From positions 186,001-250,000 of the forward strand of contig CALSSD010000006.1 in assembly GCA_943788915.1 (NCBI GenBank): a stretch of DNA of 64,000 nucleotides, read 5' to 3'. Positions 1-9,044 of this stretch are shown piece by piece. This stretch comes from an uncultured Acidimicrobiales bacterium. Lineage in GTDB: Bacteria; Actinomycetota; Acidimicrobiia; Acidimicrobiales; UBA10347. Each line of letters opens with the position of its first letter. The first letter of the stretch is position 1. The translations under genes and the position numbers were made by a program. The notes under the pieces are model-generated. The model was not told the origin of the DNA. It did not search any database and saw nothing but the letters and a program-made list of their open reading frames with translations.

Positions 1-1391
1 CGGATGGCATCACTTTCGTCGATGCCATCGGCGAGTTGGATGACAGCCTTGACCTCTTCCCCCGCGTCCGGATTTGGGACACCGAACACCGCCACATCGG
101 CGACCATGGGATGCATAGCAAACGCATCCTCTATCTCTTGTGGATAGATGTTCACACCGCCGGAGATGATCATGAACGACTCGCGGTCGGTCAGAAACAG
201 GAACCCGTCGTCGTCGAGATAACCGACATCACCCAGTTTGGTCCACATCGGGTTCGTGGGATGTTTCGAGCCCTCGGTCTTGTCGGGATCGTTGTGGTAG
301 GCGAACGGCATGACATCGCGTTCGAAGTAGACCGTGCCAGGCTCACCCACCGGAAGTTCGTGGCCTGCTTCGTCGCAGACATGGAGTGTTCCCAAGATGG
401 GGCTACCAACTGTGCCGGGGTGCGCCAACCATTGTTCGCTGTTGCAGTACGTCATGCCGTTGAGTTCGGTGCCGGCGTAGTACTCAACAACGATCGGCCC
501 CCACCAATCGATCATCTGGTACTTGACATCCATGGGACACGGCGCAGCCGCATGAACAGCGACCTTGTGGCTCGAAAGGTCGAACTGGGTTCGAATGGAG
601 TCATCGAGTTTGAGCATGCGGATGAACATGGTCGGCACCCACTGACTGTGCGTGACCCTGTAGGTTTCGATCGCTCGTAACGCCTCGACCGGATCAAACT
701 TCTCCATGATCACGTTGGTGCCGCCCAGACTGTGAACACCAGCGGTAAAGGCCAGCGGTGCGGAGTGGTACAACGGCGCGGGCGATAAGTAGATCGTGTC
801 TGTGTTAATGCCGTAGAGGTTCCCGATTAACCCGTCGAGTGCGGACGGATCGGCAAACGTATTTCCGCTCAATGGGCGTTTGATGCCCTTGGGACGTCCG
901 GTGGTTCCCGAGGAATAGTTCATGAAATCACCAAGCGGTTCCGCATCGAGCGGATCAGCGCTGTGAGCAGCCAGTTCGTCTTCGTAACCCACGTAACCGG
1001 CGAGGTCGCCGTCGATCACCAGTCGAAGTGGACAGCCGTCGAGGTCGGGAAGCATTGCCGTGGCTGCATCGGCGAGCCCGACCGAACTCACGAGTGCCTT
1101 GGCTCCCGAGTCGTTCACGATGTAGGCGGCTTCTTCGGCGGTCAGATACTTGTTCACGGCACACAGGTACATGCCAGACCGGACAGCGGCCCAATACACC
1201 TCGTGATACCGAAGGTTGTTCTCCATGAACAGCGCCACGACATCACCGGGAACCAAACCCTGACTCTGGAACAGCCGGGCAAGACGAATACTTCGCTCGT
1301 TGAGCTCGCCGTACGTCAGCGATTCGCCAGATGGCAGCATGATCGATGCGACCTTGCTGGGATCTTGTGCGGCATGAATGGCCATTGGCAT
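1..1391 (-). CDS. Acyl-CoA synthetase / AMP-binding enzyme (3' end runs off the window)
   Basis: Not in the ORF track because it has no stop. Manual translation from ATG 1391 is open to base 1: MPMAIHAAQDPSK..., YSSGTTGRPKG, APLYHSAP, EYYAGTE, GDVGYLDDDGFLFLTDR, IISGGVNIYPQEIE. Confidence 0.9.
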   Translation of the reverse strand, partial: MPMAIHAAQDPSKVASIMLPSGESLTYGELNERSIRLARLFQSQGLVPGDVVALFMENNLRYHEVYWAAVRSGMYLCAVNKYLTAEEAAYIVNDSGAKALVSSVGLADAATAMLPDLDGCPLRLVIDGDLAGYVGYEDELAAHSADPLDAEPLGDFMNYSSGTTGRPKGIKRPLSGNTFADPSALDGLIGNLYGINTDTIYLSPAPLYHSAPLAFTAGVHSLGGTNVIMEKFDPVEALRAIETYRVTHSQWVPTMFIRMLKLDDSIRTQFDLSSHKVAVHAAAPCPMDVKYQMIDWWGPIVVEYYAGTELNGMTYCNSEQWLAHPGTVGSPILGTLHVCDEAGHELPVGEPGTVYFERDVMPFAYHNDPDKTEGSKHPTNPMWTKLGDVGYLDDDGFLFLTDRESFMIISGGVNIYPQEIEDAFAMHPMVADVAVFGVPNPDAGEEVKAVIQLADGIDESDAI

Positions 1392-1464
1392 GACTGGGTC
1401 CCCTGGAGATACTTGGTAAGCGTCGATTCGGAAGATAGTGCACCGGGGCCGTAGCGTCGAAACC

Positions 1465-2274
1465 ATGATGGAGATGCCGAACGGAACTGTTGACCTAGAA
1501 GTGGCCAATGGGGTGGCCACGATCACCCTGAACCGACCCGAGTCGTTGAACTCCATGAACAACCATTTGATGGACGACATCCGCACCGCAATCGAAACGG
1601 CCGAAGCCGACGAGTCCGTGGGTGTGGTGGTGCTAACCGGCAACGGGCGTGGGTTCTGTTCTGGCGCCGATCTAAACACGGTGGGTGGACCCGACGCGGA
1701 CCACGGCGATGATTCTGGTTCGGCGAGTGTCACCGATGGCATGGACGACCATTTCAACCCCACGATGCGTGCAATCAAGAACTGTGCGGTGCCAACGGTG
1801 GCCCGAATCAACGGGGTCGCTGCTGGCGGGGGGCTGGGCCTGGCACTGGCATGTGATATCGCCGTCGCCGCTGACTCGGCATTCTTTGTAGCCACCTTTG
1901 GCCCGAAATTGGGCATCGTGCCAGATCTTGGATCGACCTGGAGTCTCCCGCAGAAGGTCGGCGTCGCTCGAGCCCGGGCGATGGCGATGCTGGGTGAACG
2001 CATCACGGCCCGCCAAGCCCAGGACTGGGGCCTGATCTATTCGGCGGTTGCCGACGATGAACTCGACGTCGAAGTCGAACGTGTGACAGCGATCCTGCGT
2101 CCGACATCTGGCGAGGCAATGCAACGCATTCGCTCATCGCTCGAGAGTGCTTCGCAGCGTTCCTTTAGCGAGCAGCTCGACGTCGAACGGGATCACCAAG
2201 CTGTGCTCATCCCCATGAACATGATCGAAGGTGCGACAGCATTTCTCGAAAAGCGAGAGCCTCGCTTTCGTTAA
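1465..2274 (+). CDS. Enoyl-CoA hydratase/isomerase (crotonase, PaaG-like)
   Basis: ITLNRPESLN, GRGFCSGADL, INGVAAGGGLGLALACDI, FLEKREPRF. TAGCGT lies 7 nt before ATG 1465. Confidence 0.9.
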   Translation: MMEMPNGTVDLEVANGVATITLNRPESLNSMNNHLMDDIRTAIETAEADESVGVVVLTGNGRGFCSGADLNTVGGPDADHGDDSGSASVTDGMDDHFNPTMRAIKNCAVPTVARINGVAAGGGLGLALACDIAVAADSAFFVATFGPKLGIVPDLGSTWSLPQKVGVARARAMAMLGERITARQAQDWGLIYSAVADDELDVEVERVTAILRPTSGEAMQRIRSSLESASQRSFSEQLDVERDHQAVLIPMNMIEGATAFLEKREPRFR

Positions 2275-2511
2275 TGGCGGTAGCGCTCGGACAACAATGA
2301 CTCAACTCTGTTGTTGACAGGGCTGTCTGTGACGTTTCGACGATGCCTGAAGTGGATGGCAAGAATCAGCGAATTCCCCAGCTCCGAAGAGAAGGCTTGG
2401 CCCCATCATTCGAATACCAAGGAGAGCAACAGAACGCAACAGGAAGCCCAGGGGCTGACACCCATGACCGAACTGTGTCGTGCGCTTATGAATTCGTGAG
2501 GTGCGGGCGTC

Positions 2512-2517
2512 TAACGT
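2512..2517 (+). promoter_or_regulatory. Putative -10 element (TAACGT) for a leaderless transcript starting at ATG 2524
   Basis: TANNNT hexamer 6 nt before the ATG, with no Shine-Dalgarno sequence. The same geometry occurs at many starts in this window. Confidence 0.5.
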
Positions 2518-2523
2518 TGCAGT

Positions 2524-3396
2524 ATGAGTGATCGACCGCAGACCCATCGGCGTGTTGTCAGCTATATCGACAAGTCACGCGAGTTCTACTCCGCCCACGG
2601 TTACGGCGAGCCCTACCAGTGGGCGAGCTACGACGATGTGCCGTTCGTGAAATGGTCCGACGTTGGCATCGATTTGTCCGATGCAACGGTCGGTGTTGTG
2701 ACCACGACGTTTCCTGCGGTATTCACGGCCCCCAAGAAGGTCTATCGACAACCGTCGAGCCCCGTTCCCGACGCCATGTTCACCAAGGACCTGTCGTGGG
2801 ACAAGGATGCAACCCACACCAACGACGTAGGCTCCTTCCTGCCTCTGGCTGCGCTTCATTCACTCGCTGACGACGGCGTGATCGGCCGTGTCAGCGATCG
2901 CTTCTACGGCGTGCCCACGGAGTACTCTCAGCGTCGAACCCACGCCGATGCAGCACAAATCGTGGCCTGGGCCAAAGAAGACGACGTCGATGTCATGGTG
3001 TTGGTGCCGCTTTGACCGGTCTGTCATCAGACCGTGAGTCTGATCGCACGTCATCTCGAAGAAGCTGGTATCGCGACCGTGATTATCGGTTGCGCCCAAG
3101 ACATTGTCGAAACCGCAGGAGTCCCTCGGTTTGTCTTCGTTGACTATCCGTTGGGTAATCCTGTCGGACGCCCCGGCGAGGTCGCTGAGCAGCGCAGCAC
3201 GGTCGAGGCAGCGCTTGAGCTGGTCTCGACGGCAGTAGCTCCGCGTATGACCCGGCGCATGGCCCACACATGGGGCAGCGACGAATGGCGGGCGGTGTAT
3301 ATGCACGTGGGTGATGACAACCGCGCGGAGCTTGCCGAAGCCGGGCGACTGCGACAAGAGAAACAAGCAGCTCGCAGAGTCAAGGCGAAGGGTTAG
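2524..3396 (+). CDS. GrdB/PrdB-like (glycine/sarcosine/betaine/proline reductase selenoprotein B family) protein, 290 aa, with in-frame TGA (putative Sec164) in a UxxC motif
   Basis: ORFs 2524..3015 and 3034..3396 are in the same frame, separated only by TGA 3013-3015. Readthrough gives DVDVMVLVPL-U-PVCHQTVSLIARHLEEAGIATV...VPRFVFVDYPLGNPVGRP. The N-half has LSDATVGVVTT and D..SFLPL family motifs. Confidence 0.85.
3026..3044 (+). promoter_or_regulatory. Candidate bacterial SECIS hairpin 1
   Basis: ATCAGAC-CGTGA-GTCTGAT: 7-bp perfect stem, 17 nt between UGA and loop, G at loop position 2. Confidence 0.55.
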
Positions 3397-3406
3397 GGCG
3401 ACCGTT

Positions 3407-3991
3407 ATGGCGAATGAACACGGGCTCTTACCAAAGGCCGATGTGGCTGGACTGTCCGACGAGTTGGCACACCGCCGCGACGTCTGGTTCGACAAGGCCT
3501 ACGAAGACGACAATCTGTTCCTGACACTTGCTCAGCGGCCCGAGGTCCTGCGCATGTTCCTGGATTGGACGGCGTTCATCTACACCGATAAGTCGTCCCT
3601 CGACCCGGGAATGGTCGAGCTCTGCCGTATACGACTGGCACATCGCAACGAGTGTGTGCATTGAAGCAGCGTCAAGAGTTCATCGTTGATGGACACACAA
3701 CTCGACGACAACATGGTCGCTGCAGCGCTCGGTGATCTAACTCAACCAGACCTACCACCAGCAACGGTCATGGCTTTGCGTCTTGCCGATGTCCTGACCA
3801 GCGACAGCCCGGTCGTGACCCCTGAGTTCAAGGCCGACCTCGCCGAGCACTTCAGCGATGATCAGATTCTCGAACTTGGGTCAGCGCTGGCAGTTGCGTC
3901 GGGCTGGCAACGTTTCATCGAAGCCTTCGGCATCCGCCCTGATTCTTGGACGTCTGACGCGGCACCCGTCAGACGACCTGGTAACGACTGA
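3407..3991 (+). CDS. AhpD/carboxymuconolactone decarboxylase-like protein, 194 aa, with in-frame TGA (putative Sec86) in a CxxU motif
   Basis: ORFs ending 3664 and starting 3686 are in the same frame. Readthrough of TGA 3662-3664 gives ELCRIRLAHRNECVH-U-SSVKSS...ALRLADVLT...LAEHFSDDQILELG...RFIEAFGI, matching the AhpD-like E-L-x-R-x-R-x5-C-x-x-C pattern and C-terminal half. Confidence 0.85.
3678..3694 (+). promoter_or_regulatory. Candidate bacterial SECIS hairpin 2
   Basis: GTTCATC-GTT-GATGGAC: 7-bp stem with one G-U pair, 20 nt between UGA and loop, loop starts with GU. Confidence 0.5.
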
Positions 3992-4023
3992 TCGGTACCG
4001 ACCAACGAACTCGCGTGGATGAC

Positions 4024-4048
4024 CCGGGGTTGTTGTCAGCAGCCCCGG
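4024..4048. terminator. Hairpin between convergent genes (probable terminator)
   Basis: CCGGGGTTGTT-GTC-AGCAGCCCCGG. No U-tract. Confidence 0.5.
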
Positions 4049-4079
4049 CTCAACACCGACGCCGACCAGATCCGCCGGA

Positions 4080-5162
4080 TTACTGGTAGCTCTTGAGTTC
4101 AGCCAAAGCCGCTTCGGCGCGGTGGATCGAGTTGTCGACCCGGTCTCGGAACATGGCAAGCTCTTCGGCATCGATGGCCTTCTGGCCGTTCTTGTACCGG
4201 GCGTAGACGCCATGCAGGATGCAGGCTGTCTTGAACCGGTTGAACGCTTGGTAATACGGCAAGTCCCCGAGATCGCGGCCGGTCTTCTCGGCGTACCGAT
4301 TAATGATGAACGCACGGTCAGGGAAGCCAGGAGCCAGAGTGGGAGCGTCGGCCGTATCGAGAAGTTCATCATCGGCCTGGAGCCAGGCGTTCAGCGAGTA
4401 GCCAAAGTCGGCCAATGGGTCACCCAGGGTGGCGATCTCCCAGTCGACGACGGCCGCGACCTTGGCGTCGCTGCCGACCATCACATTATGGGTGCCGTAA
4501 TCGCCATGGACCAGAACTGCCGGACCTTGCTCGGGCACGGTGGCCACCAGCAGATCATGCAGCTCATGAATCTTGGGGTTATCGATCTCGGCGTGTTCGA
4601 TCGACGCATTCCATGACCGGTACCAGGTCTTGATCTGGCGAAGGACGTAGTCCTCCTTGCGGCCCAAGTCGCTGAGCCCGATCTCGTCGGGGTCGAGCGA
4701 ATGCAACGCTGCCAGGGTGTCGATCCACGACTCAGCCATGGTCTGGCGGTCTGGTTCGGCAATGTAGGCCTCGACATCCTCGGCGTTGTACACCGCGTTG
4801 CCCTCGACCAAACCCATCACGTAGAAGTGAGCGCCAGTGACGTCGGGGGTCTCGCAGAACGCGAGCGGCTCGGCCACTGGCACCGGTGTAGGCCAGAGCG
4901 CAGAGATACACGACCACTCACGGCCCATGTCATGCGCCTTGGGCAAGAGTTCACCCATAGGCGGACGACGGATAACCGCAGAACGACCACCGTTCGCCGA
5001 GTCGATGCGATAGGTCAGGTTCGAATGGCCGCCCTCGAGTTTGGTCCACACGAACGGTGGCTCGAGCGAGTCGACATGTTCGTCAACCCAGGCTTCGACC
5101 TTGGCCACGTCGTAGCCAATGATCTGTGCATCTTCGCCAGGAACCTCGTCTCCGGTAACCAT
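4080..5162 (-). CDS. Phosphotransferase (APH family, ACAD10/11 N-terminal type)
   Basis: GGHSNLTY, RRPP, AHDMGRE, LVHGDYG..N, VVDWEIATLGDPLADFG. Confidence 0.9.
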   Translation of the reverse strand: MVTGDEVPGEDAQIIGYDVAKVEAWVDEHVDSLEPPFVWTKLEGGHSNLTYRIDSANGGRSAVIRRPPMGELLPKAHDMGREWSCISALWPTPVPVAEPLAFCETPDVTGAHFYVMGLVEGNAVYNAEDVEAYIAEPDRQTMAESWIDTLAALHSLDPDEIGLSDLGRKEDYVLRQIKTWYRSWNASIEHAEIDNPKIHELHDLLVATVPEQGPAVLVHGDYGTHNVMVGSDAKVAAVVDWEIATLGDPLADFGYSLNAWLQADDELLDTADAPTLAPGFPDRAFIINRYAEKTGRDLGDLPYYQAFNRFKTACILHGVYARYKNGQKAIDAEELAMFRDRVDNSIHRAEAALAELKSYQ

Positions 5163-5167
5163 GTTGG

Positions 5168-7252
5168 TCAGCCGCCCATCGACCCGAAGGTCTTGCCTTC
5201 GGCTGCGAGCTTCTCGAGCAAGGGCGAGATCTTCCAGTGATCACCCTCGAGTGTCTCGCCATACTTCTTGATCTTGGCCACCACATTGTCGAGGCCCATG
5301 GTGTCGGCCCAGAACATGGGGCCACCGGTGTACACCGGCCAGCCGTAACCATTGATCCAGATCACGTCGATGTCGCTCGGCCGAATGGCGATGCCCTCTT
5401 CGAGGATCTTGGCGCCTTCGTTCACCATCGGCAGCAGACATCGCTCAAGGATTTCTTCGCTGGTGAAGCTGTGCTGAGCGAAGCCCTTGCTTGTTCCGAA
5501 GTCAGCAATCATCTGCTCGACCTCGGGGTCTGGGGTCTTGGCCCGGGTCTTCGGGTCGTAGGTGTAGTAACCCTTGCCGTTCTTCTGGCCCTTGCGGCCG
5601 CTCTCGTTCATCAGTTCGCGGACCGACGAGCTGGTCGACGTCTCGGCCTTCCAGCCAATGTCGAGGCCCGCCAGGTCGCTCATGGCGAATGGCCCCATGG
5701 GGAAGCCGAAGTCGAACAACACATCGTCGACCTGCGCCGGGGTGGCGCCCTCGAGGCTCATCGCATCGGCTTCGATCCGGCGCATGGCCAGCATGCGGTT
5801 GCCGACGAAACCTTTACAGACGCCGACCAGGGCCGGGATCTTGCCGATCTTCTTCGCGATCGCCATGGAGGTAGCAATGACCTCGTTTGATGACTCGTCG
5901 CCACGAACGACTTCGAGCAGCTTCATGACGTTGGCAGGGGAGAAGAAGTGCAGGCCAATGACACTTTCTGGCCGAGAGGTAACCGAAGCGATCTCATTTA
6001 CATCGAGTGCCGAGGTGTTCGATGCCAGCAAGGCACCTGGCTTACAGATCTCGTCGAGCTGGCGGAAGATCGACTTCTTCAGCTCCATGTCTTCGAACAC
6101 GGCCTCGATGATCATGTCGCACTCGGCGAAGTTACCCATGTCGGTTGAACCGGAGATGAGGCCCATGCGGGTCTCCACATCGTCGGAGCTGATACGACCC
6201 TTTGATGCGGTGCGTTCGTAGTTACCGCGGACCACACCAAGGCCACGCTGCAATGCATCGTCGGTCTGCTCCACGATGTTCACGGGGATACCAGCGTTGG
6301 CGAAGTTCATGGCGATACCGCCGCCCATGGTGCCAGCGCCCAAGATGCCAACACTGTTGATCTCGATCTGAGGAGTGTCCTTGGGGACATCGGGCACCTT
6401 GGCTGCCTGGCGCTCAGCGAAGAAGTAATAGCGTTGTGCAGCCGACTGGGTGCCGGTCATGAGCTCGGTGAACAGCTCACGTTCACGCTTGATGCCCTCG
6501 TCGAATGGCAGGTTGACCGCTGCTTCGATGCACTGGATGTTGTATTCCGGTGCCAGGAAGTTGCGAGTTTTGCGGGCGATGCCAGCCCGGAACTCGTCGA
6601 AGATCGCTGGATTGGCTTTGGCATCGGCCAGTTTCTCGTCGAAGTCGCGGATGCGCACGAGCGGCAGACCCTCGGCCACAACCTTCTCGGCGAATGCAAT
6701 GGCACCAGCAGCCAGGTCATCCACGATCTCGCTGATCAAGCCGCATTCCAGAGCCTCGTCGGCACCGATAGGGTCACCCGACGTCATCATCTGGAGCGCC
6801 TTGGCCACGCCAGTTACACGGGGAAGACGCTGGGTGCCACCGGCACCAGGAAGCAGGCCGAGTTTGACTTCAGGAAGTCCAAACTTTGCGGTGGCAATGC
6901 CGACTCGGTAATGCGCAGCCATTGCGGTCTCGAGGCCACCGCCAAGGGCAGTGCCATGGATAGCGGCAACAACTGGCTTGGTTGAGTTCTCCATTGCGGC
7001 TTGGGCCTCTTGCAATGACTTACCCTGAGCAGCGCCGCCGAACTCGGTGATGTCGGCGCCAGCGATAAACGTGCGGCCGTCGCAGATCAGCACAATTGCG
7101 TTGACGCTGTCGTCCGCAATCGCCGCTTCCATACCGTCGACGATCCCCGTCCGTACATGGTGGCTCAGTGCATTCACTGGCGGATTATTGACCGTAATGA
7201 CCGCCACGGCACCATGGTTCTCGATCGATACGGACTCGGTCAGTGCTGCCAT
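5168..7252 (-). CDS. Bifunctional enoyl-CoA hydratase / 3-hydroxyacyl-CoA dehydrogenase
   Basis: [79 protein letters not shown]. Confidence 0.95.
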   Translation of the reverse strand: MAALTESVSIENHGAVAVITVNNPPVNALSHHVRTGIVDGMEAAIADDSVNAIVLICDGRTFIAGADITEFGGAAQGKSLQEAQAAMENSTKPVVAAIHGTALGGGLETAMAAHYRVGIATAKFGLPEVKLGLLPGAGGTQRLPRVTGVAKALQMMTSGDPIGADEALECGLISEIVDDLAAGAIAFAEKVVAEGLPLVRIRDFDEKLADAKANPAIFDEFRAGIARKTRNFLAPEYNIQCIEAAVNLPFDEGIKRERELFTELMTGTQSAAQRYYFFAERQAAKVPDVPKDTPQIEINSVGILGAGTMGGGIAMNFANAGIPVNIVEQTDDALQRGLGVVRGNYERTASKGRISSDDVETRMGLISGSTDMGNFAECDMIIEAVFEDMELKKSIFRQLDEICKPGALLASNTSALDVNEIASVTSRPESVIGLHFFSPANVMKLLEVVRGDESSNEVIATSMAIAKKIGKIPALVGVCKGFVGNRMLAMRRIEADAMSLEGATPAQVDDVLFDFGFPMGPFAMSDLAGLDIGWKAETSTSSSVRELMNESGRKGQKNGKGYYTYDPKTRAKTPDPEVEQMIADFGTSKGFAQHSFTSEEILERCLLPMVNEGAKILEEGIAIRPSDIDVIWINGYGWPVYTGGPMFWADTMGLDNVVAKIKKYGETLEGDHWKISPLLEKLAAEGKTFGSMGG

Positions 7253-7571
7253 GTTGGCTCCTTGTTCAGCGGGTGGGGCTCGCTTCGGCGCGGCCCCCTA
7301 CAAACTCGTTCGGTGCACAAACTTACGGCCTGGACACGCCGACCAGGGAATTTCGGCCACCGAATTTCGTGAACCGCCTCGCTCGTTCGAGGCAACCGAA
7401 TCGGCCGACGGCCGACGAGACTGGTCACTGTCTCTCGGTCTCACAAGCACTGTGTCGCGGTCCCACAAGTTGGATCAGGATCAAGACTGGATAAGGATGC
7501 GCAAATTCGATGCGACGCAGTCTCTAGTCTGAAAGCGTCGCAATGGGCCCCAACAAAGGCGTTGATCCCGC

Positions 7572-9011
7572 ATGAATCAATCTTCCGACCAGGTTCTGAA
7601 CTCCTGGATCCAAGGCGAGGAACTCGCCGAGGCCATGGTTCCCATGATCGGTTCGCTGTATCGAGAGCGCGACATCGTCGTCTCTATCTATGGGCGACCG
7701 TTGGTGCGGCAATCATCCACGAACATCGTGAAGGCGCATCGATATGCGCGCCAGGTCATCGACCGCGAGCTGCCGATTGCCGAGAGCCATGCGGTGCTTT
7801 CCGCCATCGCGACTCGGCCACTCGACTCGGCTCGCGTCGATCTCGGAAAGCTGACCACTGGTTTTGCCCAAGACGGCAACGGCCGCTCGATCGACGAATA
7901 TCTCGACGAGGTGCTGGCCCCGATCTCTTCGGGTTCCGGTCGGCTGCTCAGCGAACCAACCGACGTTGTGCTCTACGGCTTCGGTCGTATTGGGCGTTTG
8001 CTCGCTCGGATCTTGATCGAACGCACCGGCAGTGGCGAGAAGCTGCGGCTGCGCGGCATCGTGCTTCGCCCTGGTGATGCCGGTGATGCCGAGAAGCGTG
8101 CCAGCCTGCTCCGACGTGACTCGGTCCATGGCCCGTTCACCGGCACCATCAAGGCCGATTCCGAAAAGAGCCAGATCATTGCCAATGGAAACGCGATCCA
8201 GCTGATCTATGCCAAGTCGCCGAGCGAGGTCGACTACACCGCCTACGGCATCGACAACGCGATCGTGGTCGACAACACCGGTATCTGGCGCGACGAAGAG
8301 GGCCTCGGTCAGCATCTCGCTGCAAAGGGCGTCAAACGTGTGCTGCTGACCGCCCCCGGCAAGGGTGCGATCAAGAACATCATCTACGGCGTGAACGATG
8401 GTGAGATCACGGAATCAGATCGAGCGCTAAGCGCTGCGTCGTGCACGACGAATGCGATCGTGCCGGTGCTCAAGGCAATGCACGACGAATACGAAGTCAT
8501 CAGCGGCCACCTCGAGACGGTCCACGCCTATACCAACGATCAGAACCTGACCGACAACTATCACAACAAGGCACGGCGAGGCCGCAGTGCGCCGCTCAAC
8601 CTCGTGATCACCGAAACCGGTGCAGCGACTGCGGTAGCCAAGGCACTACCCGAATTGGCGGGCCGGCTCACGGGTAACGCGATCCGGGTGCCGACCCCCA
8701 ACGTCTCCCTCGCGATCTTGAACCTTGAGCTGGGAACCGCGGCCGATCGCGACACGATCAACGACTACCTGCGACGGCTTTCGGTCGACTCCGCGTTGCG
8801 CGATCAGCTCGACTACACATCGTCGGAAGAAATCGTGTCGAGCGACCTGGTGGGTTCGGATCGAGCCGGAATCGTTGATTCGAAGGCCACGATCGTTAAT
8901 GGTTCGCGGTGTGTGCTCTACGTCTGGTACGACAACGAGGCTGGTTACAGCTATCAAGTTGTGCGCATTGTGCAAGAGCTTGCTGGCCTGACCTATCCCT
9001 CTGTCCCGTAG
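7572..9011 (+). CDS. gap: Glyceraldehyde-3-phosphate dehydrogenase, long form with N-terminal extension
   Basis: YGFGRIGR, SAASCTTN, HAYTNDQ, RVPTPNVS, WYDNE. Confidence 0.95.
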   Translation: MNQSSDQVLNSWIQGEELAEAMVPMIGSLYRERDIVVSIYGRPLVRQSSTNIVKAHRYARQVIDRELPIAESHAVLSAIATRPLDSARVDLGKLTTGFAQDGNGRSIDEYLDEVLAPISSGSGRLLSEPTDVVLYGFGRIGRLLARILIERTGSGEKLRLRGIVLRPGDAGDAEKRASLLRRDSVHGPFTGTIKADSEKSQIIANGNAIQLIYAKSPSEVDYTAYGIDNAIVVDNTGIWRDEEGLGQHLAAKGVKRVLLTAPGKGAIKNIIYGVNDGEITESDRALSAASCTTNAIVPVLKAMHDEYEVISGHLETVHAYTNDQNLTDNYHNKARRGRSAPLNLVITETGAATAVAKALPELAGRLTGNAIRVPTPNVSLAILNLELGTAADRDTINDYLRRLSVDSALRDQLDYTSSEEIVSSDLVGSDRAGIVDSKATIVNGSRCVLYVWYDNEAGYSYQVVRIVQELAGLTYPSVP

Positions 9012-9044
9012 GAACCCCGGCTGCACAACATCTACGCTGGCATC

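Noticed and set aside
36..1454. Plus-strand ORFs 36..680 and 963..1454, and similar long antisense ORFs (e.g. 30686..31837, 42754..43644)
   Set aside because: They are shadow ORFs opposite well-supported genes, which is expected at high GC.
3013..3664. Genome-wide reassignment of TGA (to Trp or Gly)
   Set aside because: TGA is the normal stop of many intact genes here (icd, lacZ, gcvP, sufD, phhB), and Trp is encoded by TGG.
2524..3991. Reading the region as four small genes or two nonsense pseudogenes
   Set aside because: Both interruptions are TGA, both fall on redox-motif positions and both are followed by hairpins. There are no other lesions. The other single lesions in this window are indels rather than substitutions.
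7572..7960. N-terminal extension of GAPDH as a novel fusion
   Set aside because: Long-form GAPDHs of about 480 aa with this extension are a known, widespread subfamily.
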